The translations under genes were made by a program, and so were the position numbers. A stretch of DNA of 63,851 nucleotides, filler included, from Bigelowiella natans CCMP2755 (lineage: Eukaryota > Protista > Cercozoa): assembly GCA_000320545.1 (NCBI GenBank). It is 10 parts of 10 records of this genome, joined end to end, with 100 filler letters (N's around TTAATTAATTAA, not from the genome) between each part and the next. Parts side by side here need not be neighbours in the genome. Positions count along the whole stretch, not along the records: positions 1 to 12,043 come from ADNK01002801.1; positions 12,144 to 25,642 come from ADNK01000009.1; 8 more parts are not named here. The stretch is one strand, 5' to 3'. The notes below the pieces were generated by a model. It ran no database searches. It was given only the letters and a program-made list of their open reading frames with translations, and was not told the origin of the DNA. This document shows, one piece after another, positions 1 to 12,171 of this stretch. Position 1 is the stretch's first letter. The number at the start of each line of letters is the position of its first letter.

Positions 1-7
1 CTCTCTC

Positions 8-38
<31 letters not shown>

Positions 39-399
39 TATGTGTGCATATATCATCACGTGCATACAGATCTTCATCATGCCACGTCCTCAATGACTTG
101 CCCAACGCAGCAAAAGAGGAGGTCGCTCGTAGTACCAGAAGCCTCTTTAGTAAGAGGGTAGAGACGGGGACTGATGCTTCGATACTCGCCGCTTGCTATG
201 TAGTCGCCCACACCATCGACATCATCGTATTTATCACCGTGGGTCCTCCCGTCAGGGGGGAGATCACAGCTATGTTCATCTTCGCCACCAAGCTTGCATT
301 CGTTATCGAAGGATCTTGCTGGTGCTGCAGCCCCCACCCGCCCCGCCCCCTCTGTTTGAGCTTGGGCAGTATCAGTGTCACTGGGATTGGAGGGGGCGG

Positions 400-815
400 C
401 TACAAATGGTGAAGATGCTGCTTGATCCTTGTGAACTCCATCGTGTTGTGAAGATGCTGCTTGATCCTTGTGAACTCCATCGTGTTGTCTATTCTGCTTT
501 GTCGGCGGGGGGTACGGAGGAAGGGCTTGGCCTTTCCCTGGTAAACATAGTCATGCCTCTTTCTCACAAAGAATATCATCGTCATCGTCGTTATCATCGT
601 CTTCATCGTCTTCATCGTCTTCATTATCATCATCATCATGATCACTATTGGCGCTGTTGAAGAGAGCTACCTGAGAATGCGGTAGGCCGGATGATGGAGA
701 GGTGTAACCGATATGTCACCACCTGATGATCATAATGATGGCAGTGAATGGTGGCGATGAAAATGACGATAATGATGATGGAAATGAGTATATTATCGTA
801 AAGAAAAAGTTTATA

Positions 816-852
<37 letters not shown>

Positions 853-1106
853 TACAATACCCAAAAACACCATTGTTGTAGCTTTGGTTTCGAAAGCAAA
901 ATATAATACCAATTCGTCGCTCTCCGAGTCTTCCTCAATGCTCTTATCTATTCTCCATGCTCGCAGGTACGCTGGCTGGGGTTCGTATGTGTACATGGCC
1001 ACATGCTGATGTGTCACTAGCCCGGCGGTCGCAATTACCACCACAATCGCCGCTGCAATATCGGTCAGAGGGCATGAAAGAATATGTCAAAGGAAATGCA
1101 TATATT

Positions 1107-1175
<69 letters not shown>

Positions 1176-1977
1176 GTTATGTATTATGTCACATAATCCG
1201 AGAGAGAGTGGATCAATGGTTCTGAATTGCAGTGGCTTGCTATACATACCGCCTACGACGACGACGACGACGACTACTACTACTACTACTTACTACTACT
1301 TACTACTACTTACTACTACTTACTACTACTTACTACTACTACTGCTGCTGCTGCTGTCACTCCCCACCTAGGAGCAGCGCCAGAGATTCCGGGCCAAAGA
1401 ATGTGAGGATAGAGCGTCTCGATCTGATTAGAGATTCCCAAGCGCTATCCACTTCCAAGAACTTTGCTCTCCAGTCGACGATTTGCGAGCCCCGGGGCAG
1501 TGCGGGGCCGTGTGCACGCGTGTACAGTCCGTGCCACAGTCGCTGTGACGATGACGATGAGTACCTGAGCGAATGGGTGGGGGGAGGGGGGGGGGGGGGG
1601 GGGGGGGTAATAGGGTTGGGGGGGAGACAGACAGTTCTGATGGCCCTCCATAAATCTTAGTATCATTGCTGCTAACAGTGGACGATTACGGCATTTCATT
1701 CTCACCACGCTTTGCTGACTCTGGCCGCGTTTCCGATGGACCTTGCGTCGAGGAAGGAGAATACGAGCTCGCGGATGTCGCGCCCGTGGAGAATGCCGTG
1801 CATGCCGGATTCGGGCGACGGGGAGGAGTAATAATCGCGCAGCGAGTTGCTGTTTTCCTCTCTCCGGGTCTTCCCATCGACATTCCTCTCCCCCCTCTTG
1901 CTGTCAGCATAGCGTGAAGGTGTTGGCGAAATAGAAGCCATATTTGACAATGATACGTCTGTAAATGCACTCGGCAA
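400..1977 (-). CDS. Multi-exon F-box protein with hydrophobic C-terminal segments
   Basis: Exon 1 ends ...DIRELVFSFLDARSIGNAARVSKAW, an F-box consensus. It splices (acceptor ~1564) into YSSSSSQRLWHGLYTRAHGP...VDWRAKF, typical post-F-box residues. Later exons ~1060-860, ~720-670 and ~540-400 are less certain. Confidence 0.55.
409..486. repeat. Perfect 39-bp tandem duplication
   Basis: gtgaagatgctgcttgatccttgtgaactccatcgtgtt occurs twice; on the minus strand it reads NTMEFTRIKQHLH twice, in frame. Confidence 0.95.
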
Positions 1978-2683
1978 GGGCTGGTTTTTCCGAGGACAAC
2001 TCCTGTTCCTTGCTGAGGCTGTTAATCCCGGTCGGGGAGACGAGATCGGGGTGGGCAGAGGGCAGGGATTTTACGACGATTTAGCGTCAACAAATAGAGC
2101 ATGTCGTAGGGACATTTACCTATACGAAATGTAATGATTGGGATCTAAAAGTAAGTTTTATCACAAAAGGAATGTGTTAGCGATATACGACATATATTCT
2201 CATTGGTCGTTCGCCATTTTGTATGTTCCTTGCACCGATCATTTTACAATACCAAAGCTTTCTCCTTTTTCTAGATTTATTAGCATTTCCTACCATGACG
2301 CCAAAACAAAATGCCACCGAAACCGAAGAGATCTTGTGATATTCGAACACTATACTTCGAACGGAGTGGGTATAATCTCAACGAACATCGTGGAACTTAT
2401 CGAATTTTTGTGTGAAATGCTTGCCATTTTTCATAATTACCAATTTACGAACACAAGCAACTCTAATTATCGTCTAGATCTGGAATACGCTCCTATGCAT
2501 GTACAATATAAGTAGTTATTTGACATTTTTTTTATACGTCAACATTCCAGACTGATATAAGGATGTAATGGGCTTGTTTCATCGTCAGAACAATGCAATA
2601 CAAAATCTAAGGGTGAATCTTCCTACAAAGCTGCAACAAAGCTCGCACCGAGAACCTCTCCTTGCCCCAACCTAGCTCAGAAA

Positions 2684-3326
2684 ATGTCCTCTGCGCCTGT
2701 CTCCATGATCGAAGATCTCAGCGAATCAACTTGGGAGGGAAGATATGGTTTGAAGGAGGATCCAAATATGACCTCTGGTATGTCTTTCTTTAGCAAGTAG
2801 ATGCTCGATGCAGAAGTGAAGGATGTAACTGAGTCTTTCGTAGACTGTTATTTCACTCATGCACACTTTCTGATGATCTTTTCATAACAATTTTAGTTCA
2901 TTTTTTGTTCTTCCAAAAAATAACAAACAACGCTTTGTTCAGTTTTCCACCAATGACATTTCCTTGCTCCGAGTTCGCTCCTTCTCTTTCTTTCAACTTT
3001 CAAGTGTATTAGACTTTCTGTTAAGTTGTCTTTAAGTTGTCTGCGATAAAAATTTTCTCCATCCAGCTTCGAAGTCTCTTAATTGATTGTTTGTTTCTAT
3101 GTTGACGCTTTTCAAAGAGGAGATCTTTACTCTTGGCCTTGAACATTTGTACGGGTGGTTTGATAAGCAAGAGAACGTCGAAAAGGCAAAGGAGCTTGTT
3201 CTGCGTGCATCTCGTCTTGGGTGCCACTGCGCAATGGCTGAATGCGCTTATAAAGGTACCACATCATATTCGGTGTACTACTAATGTCTCTCCTCTCGTA
3301 TTTGTCTCTCCCTCATGGTATAACAT

Positions 3327-3387
<61 letters not shown>

Positions 3388-4448
3388 CATTTATGTACAT
3401 ATATACATGCATGTACATGTACATGTGTGCGTGTGTGTATGTGTGTGCGTGTGTAACTAAGTGTACTTTATAATATGTGGTAATTAACCGTATTTTACCC
3501 CGCACAAGGATGGGGAGAGGAAAAAGATGTCGACAAAGCCTTCAAATCGTATAGCGAATTAGCAAAGAAAAGCAACACGCACGCAATGCACCGTCTGGGT
3601 TGTTATTGGGACTTCGACGCAGAAAATGTCGACCCAAAGGAGGCCGTGCGCTGGTAAACTCAATATAAAATACTTTAAGGCGAAACTGAAAACATAACTG
3701 GAATTAAGCATGAAATTACCTTGTCACACATGCGGAAGGAAGATTGTGTGAGAGAATAATAGCTAGGTTCACCGATGATAATCTCCCCAACCCCACAATC
3801 ATCATCACTCTGTGGATCCACTCCCCTCGCCCCTTCTTATTAGGTATAGACGTGCTGCAAAGGGCGGCCACATAAGTGCATCCTACAATCTTTCCGTCGC
3901 ATATAATTTCGGGTTGGGGGTGGCAAAAAATCCGAGAGAGGCCTTCAAATGGTGTTCCAGGTCTGCCAATCTCGGACATCGAAGCGGCCAGCATAACCTT
4001 GCATGCGCCTACGAAAGGGGGAGAGGCATTGCTTCCCCTGACGAGGAGAAGGCTGTAGAGTGGTACCTCAAGGCTGCCAAACAGGTGATGATGATGAGGA
4101 TGATGACGATGATGATGGCAATTACAATGACAATGTCAACATGGAAGTAAGCGCTGATTTTCTCATTACATTATCTCATATAATTTATCTCATCTTACTG
4201 CTGACGTAAACAGGGACACCCTAAGTCGAAGTACAACCTGGGCATTTGCTACCTTCACGGAACTGGTGTGATGTCAGACGAAGAAAAGGGTCTTGAGTGG
4301 CTGATGGAGGCAGCGGCCTCTGGGCACGTTCCAGCTCACTATCAGGTAGTAGAACTAGTAGAATAAGAATCAAAGGTGCATGATTCAACTGCGACAATTC
4401 TGAATCACCAATTAAATAAGACAGGATACGAGCTTCTCTCTCTCTCTC

Positions 4449-4488
<40 letters not shown>

Positions 4489-5026
4489 CGTGTGTAATGT
4501 GTTTATTTATAGTCTCTTCTTGTTGTAATTGTTATTTACCTCTTTTTATTGTTACTTCGCAGATCGGCCAATTTTACTTGAACCATAGAAAGGGTTCTGA
4601 GGCAAGGAAGGAAGCTATCAAGTGGTTGTGGTGGGCGCAAGACAAAGGCTGCCCTAATGCCGCAGCCCGTTTAATGTCGCTACCGAAAAAGGAGGTCGGT
4701 GCCTTCTTCAAGGAAAAACAGCAGGTATGCTCGGTATGCTCTGAGCGGAAAGCGACGCATTTTAATTTTACACAGTTATACGTCTATCAGCAAAGCATCA
4801 TTATCATGATCATCATCCTCCTCATTACTAGGCGGTGCGGACAGCATTGACGCGGGACTTCGATGACTTATTCATGCTACACCCGGACATTCTAAAGAGT
4901 TTTGCCAATATCTATCGTAACCGGGGTCTTATTGTGCGGAAGGAGACCAGAAGGTGTAGCAGAAGGAGCGGTAATAGCAGTCGCAGCAGCAGCAGCAATA
5001 GTTGTGGTGCCAATGGGGGACACTGA
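2684..5026 (+). CDS. Sel1-like repeat (SLR) protein, about 7 exons
   Basis: Exon peptides: LGLEHLYGWFDKQENVEKAKELVLRAS; GWGEEKDVDKAFKSY; ASYNLSVAYNFGLGVAKNPREAFKWCSRSANLGHRSGQHNLACAYERGRG; SKYNLGICYLHGTGVMSDEEKGLEWLMEAAASGH. These are canonical Sel1 repeats joined by GT-AG introns. Confidence 0.9.
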
Positions 5027-5259
5027 TTTATTGAGACGTGACAAGAGATTATGGATTGAAGTAGAAGAGGAGGAGCACAAGTCTCAATACTTAAATCCGT
5101 CAAATAGTTTGTACAGATTTTGATGAAATGTATGAAAGAGAAGCTTTTTTGGCCCAATGTGATACGCAAATAAGTGCGAGTGTGAAGCGTTTCGTCTAAA
5201 TGAACTGTTTTTGTGCAAAGATGTGTGATTTGTAACGTATAAGATTGAAAAACAGAGAG

Positions 5260-6290
5260 ATGCGCAGCTTGCAGTGCTGCCCGCAATGAAAGCTTTCTCA
5301 AAAATCATGTACGTCAATTACTTTCTAGCTGTTCCGCGCCACCCACGATTGAGGAGCTGTTGCAGTGTGCGCGCGCCCGTTCACACTGCACGCTGCGCTG
5401 TGCACATCACTGCGTGCTGCGCTGTGCACATGCGCATGGAAGTTCTCAGAACTTCGGGAATCTTCGAGAAGCTTCGAGAATCTTCCAGAAAAACTAGCTA
5501 ATTCGAAGCGCGGTTAAACATCTAGTACCTGGCACCAGCATGCAAGCCAACAGGTTTTCGCCAGCAGCACGTGTGATCGAATGACACATGCGCATCATCC
5601 AAAAGCACTGGCGTGAATTTCTGCGTGTGTGCGCCACTGCGCGTGTGAACATGACACTATGCATGCAAAGATTGCAAAGTGCGCGTGATTTGTGCTGATG
5701 TCAATGAGCATGCTAGCATGCCTCACTTCATTGAACTCATTTTCCATACATGTAGCCAGCACGCGACGAAGTCTCATAGACCGAGAGGAATGTGACAGCC
5801 GCTAAACTTGCGTGCGCACAGCTGTGTAGTGCGCAGCGGACGCCCAGCCTCACCATTACATGCAAGTCATCGTGTCACGAGCTGAAGCAAGCATTTGTCT
5901 CATTTAGCTAAGATGTTGTAGAGCCAAGCATGGTGCACGTAGCTAACATGCACTGAAACATTAAAATTACACATGTGCACGCTTTGCGTGAGCTTGCATG
6001 CATCTATGCATCAGATAGATGCATTGTCCCTGTCGTCGCGCGCGCATGTGCACATGAAGCAACACACCAGTAGAAACAGACAAAATGCTGTAATGCAACA
6101 TAAGCGCTGGAGCCGCTGGTTTGCATAGCTACATTAGGATGACCATTGAAAATATTTGATCACTTCATCACATCCATCTCATATCACATGCATCATTTCC
6201 CACCAACCAATATGGATGTTGAATGTCATGACAAACACAGGAGAATGTGACAATGCTCACTGCAGCACTTTGTTGCATCCCCACTTTTGC
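5260..6290. other. TpA-poor, TGCA/GCAC/CATG-rich intergenic island between convergent genes
   Basis: No TpA between the CTAG at 5325 and the CTAG at 5494. Alternating RY tracts such as cgcgcgcgcatgtgcacatg (6037-6056). Lies between the Sel1 (+) and G-alpha (-) 3' ends. Confidence 0.7.
5453..5490. promoter_or_regulatory. Perfect 8-unit heat-shock-element-like array (alternating nTTCn/nGAAn)
   Basis: TTC gg GAA tc TTC ga GAA gc TTC ga GAA tc TTC ca GAA, with exact 5-bp spacing. Function not shown. Confidence 0.45.
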
Positions 6291-6344
6291 ACCAGGGCAG
6301 TTTAAGTTTGAACCAGGTTATAAGCACGGCGAGATGGTACACTG

Positions 6345-6612
6345 CTACTGATCCATCATTCCGACGCCATCGAGGTTATGTTGAAAGATGTATTTTTCCA
6401 CGTCCGTCCATATATTCTCGATGTTGTTATTGTCAATTGCCATCGTCTTGTGGACTATCATGTTATCGTCTCCATCGATGTAGTAATTTTTAACAAAGTC
6501 AGTAACATCGTCCTCGCTCTTTCCGTCGCCTGAAAAAGTTATGCGGAACACTATCCTCATTACTAATCGGAAGGATGTAACGAATTAGTAAAACGGGGTT
6601 CATTGCAGACCT

Positions 6613-6687
<75 letters not shown>

Positions 6688-8273
6688 TCATACATAATAT
6701 ATTTTGTGTGTGTGCGTTTGCGTTCAAACGGATTCCCACAAAAAAAGAACATCGGCAAAAGAAGGAAGGTACGGTGTTTTATTTTCCCGAAAAAAAAATT
6801 GAAAAGCAATCAAACACGAAAGAGGGACATTCATGGCCGTGTATCTTCACATCTTCGCATCTCCCCAATCGAACCTTCGAAATCTTCGAAAACGAAGGGT
6901 TTGGCCGCGATTTTCTCCCGCAAGATATCGACTTTGTTGAGGAAGAGTATAATGGGCGTGTCGTCAAAGAACTCGAGATTTCTGATTCCTATTTATGGAA
7001 ATAGGAGGGAATAATGAGACGAATGAGCATTTTCATGGTCATCCAGCAGCACCGAACTCTCAATGAAGCTGGAATGTACGAACAGGCGTTTTGTGCTTCA
7101 TTGTGCCCGACGAAACAACCAATCAACGCTATTATTTCTGTGACAGAAATGCAGACGCGACAGAACTTCATCACTGTTTTTAGTGTTATTTCTTTTGTTC
7201 TCTTTCTCATCATTTTCATTGATATCATTGTTATGATTATCATTATCATCGTGTCATCACATGATATGGACGTACCGTTGAAAACGTCATAAGATTCGTG
7301 CATTCTACTACGAGTAGCACACTCCTCTAGCATCATATCGTACTCTGCGATCGAAGCTATGAAGAGGATTACAGTAACCTGATGATGGCGATGATGACGA
7401 TGATGATGACAATGAATGATGATATCATATATACATGTGGACAAACAGATAGATGAAATGCTTTTTTTAAAAGCGCCACTCGATTTTTCCCAAAAAGTGG
7501 CAATCATGGAGAGATATTGACGAATGCGGCGAGTGATAATGTTACATTATCGAAACACTTTATCCACTGCTTCCTCCGCCCTCTCTGGCCTCCGACATCA
7601 ACCATCCTGAAAAAATGATGATGACGATGATGATGATGATGATGACGATAATAATGATGACGATGATGATGATGATGATGATGACGACGGCGATGATAAT
7701 GGTGAGCACGACGATGATGACAATTCATCATCATAATATAGACTGCGAAGAAGTGCTTACGGACGGTGTATTATAAATGCTATTACGTCAATTTCGCCTC
7801 GCCTCTCTCAAAGTGGTACTCGGTGATAGACTCTGTGGCCTTACGAGAGCGGACTATGTGCTCGAATTTGGGCGCGAAATCGGTAGCCATGATAGCCGGC
7901 ACACCAACCTCTTTAATGTAGCTGAGAGAAGGATAAGGAAGGTGTCAAGGGCGGAAAGAAGAAAGAGAAAAGGAGGAAGAGTAGTAGTCTATCACGTGGG
8001 AGGCGATGAAAGACTGAAAATATCATATCTCGCCTCCATCCCTATTTTATGAGCGTGGAAATGAAGCTTCGACTTACTAAGACGCAGAGTCTAGCAAACA
8101 GTATTCGTTTCCGCGCGAGATTGTCTTTTGAATGACAGGATCTGCCATGAACTTTGAGACCTCCGTTGATAATTCTTTCAGCTCTTTCCCCTCCATTCCT
8201 TATGATTATTAAAATGTATATATATATATATATGTATTTATATTTATATGTTTATATATGCACATATACATAA

Positions 8274-8312
<39 letters not shown>

Positions 8313-9347
8313 CATGTACGTTATACATAATCACAGTTAATAACACAGAAATTTGAATAATTGTTCTGTCCTGTGCGTAGTTGTTTTGCCAGAGTCAAAA
8401 CAATCGAGGAAGAATTGCAGTGATCGATTAATATAACTATGAAACTATTTATTCATGTTGTCGTCATTCTTCCTGCTTACTTACCCTTTGAAGCATGGTT
8501 TGCGATTACAGTCGGAGACCATTCTGCGAACTTGTTAGTGATGCCCTAAGGGAATGATGAGAGATGTGCATTATCAGCAATATCTCCACCGAATCTGCAT
8601 GACTCTTTTGTCAAGAGTCCATCGATTCAAGCAACACCAAGTAAACCCTTGCCAGATTTAATTTCTCATATGATCGGCGGGCCAGTAGAATCAAAAAGGC
8701 TTATACTCGGAGCATGCACAAATGCTACGGCGTTGTTGGGAAAATGTGGGCAAAGGTATGAGGACCAGGATGTCTTTTTTTAGCTCATCGTCGTATCCGA
8801 ACTGATGCATAGCTGCAGTAGCTATTTGCTTGAGAGCTGATAGCAAGTTGTCTCGAATCGTCACCGTGTACTCCTTGATCTGGGGTTACACATAAAGGTC
8901 TTAGTTATGCGAGAGATTGTATGGAAGCAGGATCGGAATGCATACAATTTTATATTTACGAAATGTCTGGATTAATCTACGTCTGGGGAGGAATGGTTTT
9001 ACCAACCTCAACGGGTGTCATGGTATTTTTAGTGATTCTCTTCATCTGTTTCATTATTGTACTCTTCCCGCAACCGCCCGTGCCTGCGATTATTTGGTGA
9101 AGGCATCATCTCATAAATCAGGTCACGAGTCTGAGCGACTTTGGGGAGTTACAGGTGCATGTTTATTTTGTTTCGATATCGAATCTCAAGTGCGCTGTTT
9201 CAGATTTTTCCGTGGATGTAATTGAGTTAATTTATCACCAAGGAGGAGAATTTTGATCACATCCTTGGTCGCGTTGTACTCTTGTCTCAACTTCCGGTCC
9301 AACGCCTTTGTCACTTGTTCCTCCTCTGTAGAAGGGGCACACCCCAT
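6345..9347 (-). CDS. Heterotrimeric G protein alpha subunit (divergent), multi-exon
   Basis: N-terminus MGCAPS...KILLLG; P-loop GTGGCGKSTIMKQMK (~9080-9030); switch I RSRKATESI (~7850); DVGGQRGRRKQWIKCFDN (~7600-7545); VTVILFIASIAEYD; PIILFLNKVD (~6960-6928); C-terminus HKTMAIDNNNIENIWTDVEKYIFQHNLDGVGMMDQ*. Confidence 0.95.
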
Positions 9348-10033
9348 GGCCACTACAACAACGACGACGACGACGACGACGACGGTGGGAAGGCTCTCTT
9401 TGCCTTGTACTTGCCTCCTCTGGATCCAATCTACAGGCCGGGGCTGGCTCTCTCTTTCAGCCGATATATTATTGGAGGAGGATATATTCCAAAACGGCCT
9501 AGAATATGTTCGTGCGTCTACGGATTTCCCTGTTATTCTACGATTTGACTTGGTTGTAACTGCGGCGGGGTTGAAAATCAAATATTTCACGAACACGAGT
9601 AGATGGCTGCGTAACATTTCCTCCCACGCAAACGCAGAAATGCAAGGCGTTGGCGTCCCTGCGTCAACGTAGCGCATTTTCACCAATATTTTGTTTATCG
9701 AGGGAATTTCACAACAGCGACATCATCTGCTGTCGACTTCACCAAACTGCCGAGGATTACGAGTTTGAGGGATGTCGTCGCGATAAATCCCCCTTATTTT
9801 TTCATCTAAAATCGATCGCCGCGACATTGTTGGCTGCCTCTCTTCGGAAGAGAGCCATCGCCGAAAAGGAAGGAGACCACATTCCGTCGCAAAGGAAGGA
9901 GCGGCCAGCTGAAAGAATTTGGGAAAAAAATATTAGATATTTCTTCGATAATTTCGAAATCATTTTCGAACCAAACTCCTGATCATTGAGATTGCCTCGA
10001 GGAGGGGGGTCGGTTCCCTTTTACTAGAAGGTG

Positions 10034-10493
10034 ATGGCGGCGGAGCGGCGCCGGCGATTGCAACTGCTTCAAGATAAGGGGATAAAGGAGATCGGAATGG
10101 GCGCTAAATCCCAAGAGTACAAATTGATACCACTTATTTTTGAATGTGGAAGAAGCATTTGCTGTGCATTCATTGTCGAAGGGCCAAACACTGCTAATCA
10201 AAACGTCTCTAAAGCTGATGCAATTCTGTACTCAGGAGCGGAGACCTCGACAGGGCAGTTGGGCATTATAAAGCAGGTTCTCTTCTCTCACCCATTCACT
10301 GATTCGTATGTCGATTGAGCTATCGTGTGCCAACATTTAGGGATTCGAGCGTTCATGGACGCGAAGAAGGTACTTCTTTGTCTGTGTTTCGAATTTCGTG
10401 CAAATAGCTTCTGCCGCACCGATGATTCCATCATGATTTCTTAGATCTTACTTATGGTGTATTCCTCGCGTATGTCCATTGCGCGCGCGCGGT

Positions 10494-10540
<47 letters not shown>

Positions 10541-11943
10541 AAACGTGCTTTATTATGCAGTTGGAACCGAATGCAAGAAAACAACAGCAACTACTCGAGC
10601 AAATCGAGAAATTCCTCGTTAAGGCGGAAACATTAAAGCAAATATCACAAGGAAACCAGCATAGTTCAAACAGCCAAGGTTTGGAGAGAGGGTTGCTCTC
10701 GCCGCCTTATTGACTTTTTGACTCCGTGTGCCATCGTCCACGAATAGCCCATGCGAGTACTCATTTGAGAACTTACACTTGGTTGTGACTTTTCTCATTC
10801 CAAAACAGACGAGAACGCGGCTGAAAATAAATTTGATGAGCAAATCCTCAAGCAGGACACCGGGGTGATGATGACAGATGACGATGATGATGGAAAGCTG
10901 ATGATGACGATGCTGTGCTACAGCTGTGACTGCGGTTCTACTTCTGGTGATATACTTAATCGCTCTCCTTCATTTAAATAGGTACTCTTCGACGACGTTG
11001 TTGGGCTCGATTCCGTGAAGAAGGCTCTCACAGGTGATGAACCATAGGGTGATAACAGTGCAACGATTAGGCAAAAACATGAGCATGAAACAAAGGAAGA
11101 GCTTCGTGTTTTTGGTTGCCTGCACCTGTGCGGTATTGAGGAGGAGTTGTGGCGGTGTTATTCTGCCCTAACGCTCTGTTTCTCCATCCTTCGATCGCAG
11201 AAGCGGTGATACTACCAAGCGAGAACCCAGAAATCTTTAAGGGCCTCCGGAAACCACCGAAGGTAGAGAGTATATCGACTGTTTGTCGCTGCTGATGAAA
11301 GTTGGATGCTTCTTCTCCTTTATCATTCTTTCCATCTCCGCTTAAGTCTCCGCTTTGCAATCGCCATCGTCGTTGTGATGACGGCGGCGGCCGATTAGGG
11401 ATTATTGCTCTTTGGCCCTCCTGGCACGGGCAAAACGATGGTTGCGAAGGCACTTGCAGGGGTAGCTAAGTAGGCTGCCATTTCTGCACGCGCATGGAGA
11501 CAAGCACACGCACATGCCTATTATCGCCGTCATCTTTAGCATCACCACCACCATCCTCTTTCTCGCCCCACCTCACTATTTATTCCCCCGACAATTTTAG
11601 GAGTCAAAAGCGACGTTCTTCAACATCAGCGCGTCGTCAATCGTCTCGAAGTAGGGACAGCACGTATATATTTATGCATTATATCACACGCATATGTCAT
11701 GAACCTTTAACCTTATATTCGTAACAGTCGCACAATAGCATCATCTTCGAAATGAGGGAAAACTTCCGCGTTGTTCAAAATGGCGACGCTGCTTTCTCCC
11801 CTCCTGTAGTTGCCAATTATGGCATCGGCAACGACAACCCGCCGCCTTGTGTTTGATCCATGCGATGATTATTATATTGTCCTTGCAGGTTCATGGGGGA
11901 GGGGGAGAAGAAAGTGAAGGCCTTGTTTGATCTAGCATATAAG
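10034..11943 (+). CDS. MIT-domain AAA ATPase of the spastin/fidgetin/VPS4 (meiotic clade) group; 3' end lost at contig gap
   Basis: Spliced MIT domain KGIKEIGMGAKSQE|SGDLDRAVGHYKAG|IRAFMDAKK|LEPNARKQQQLLEQIEKFLVKAETLK. AAA exons: VLFDDVVGLDSVKKAL, EAVILPSENPEIFKGLRKPPK, GLLLFGPPGTGKTMVAKALA (Walker A), ESKATFFNISASSIVSK, FMGEGEKKVKALFDLAYK. Confidence 0.92.
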
Positions 11944-11972
11944 GTAGGATGTGGGGAGGAAACAGAACTAGA

Positions 11973-12043
<71 letters not shown>

Positions 12044-12143
12044 NNNNNNNNNNNNNNNNNNNNNNNNNNNNNNNNNNNNNNNNNNNNTTAATTAATTAAN
12101 NNNNNNNNNNNNNNNNNNNNNNNNNNNNNNNNNNNNNNNNNNN
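12044..12143. other. Artificial assembly spacer (N-run, TTAATTAATTAA, N-run; 100 bp)
   Basis: The same 100-bp linker recurs at 25643-25742, 43623-43722, 48032-48131, 49813-49912, 51914-52013, 56192-56291, 58260-58359 and 62414-62513. TTAATTAATTAA gives stops in all six frames. Confidence 0.98.
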
Positions 12144-12171
12144 TGTCAGTCGACTGGAGATGATCTACGTA

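Noticed and set aside
409-486. CRISPR-like repeat
   Set aside because: Only two adjacent copies with no spacer, in eukaryotic context.
12044-12143. Recurring TTAATTAATTAA motif as a biological repeat or TE target site
   Set aside because: Always centred in a 100-bp N block; it is a six-frame-stop contig linker. Gene adjacency across these gaps cannot be trusted.
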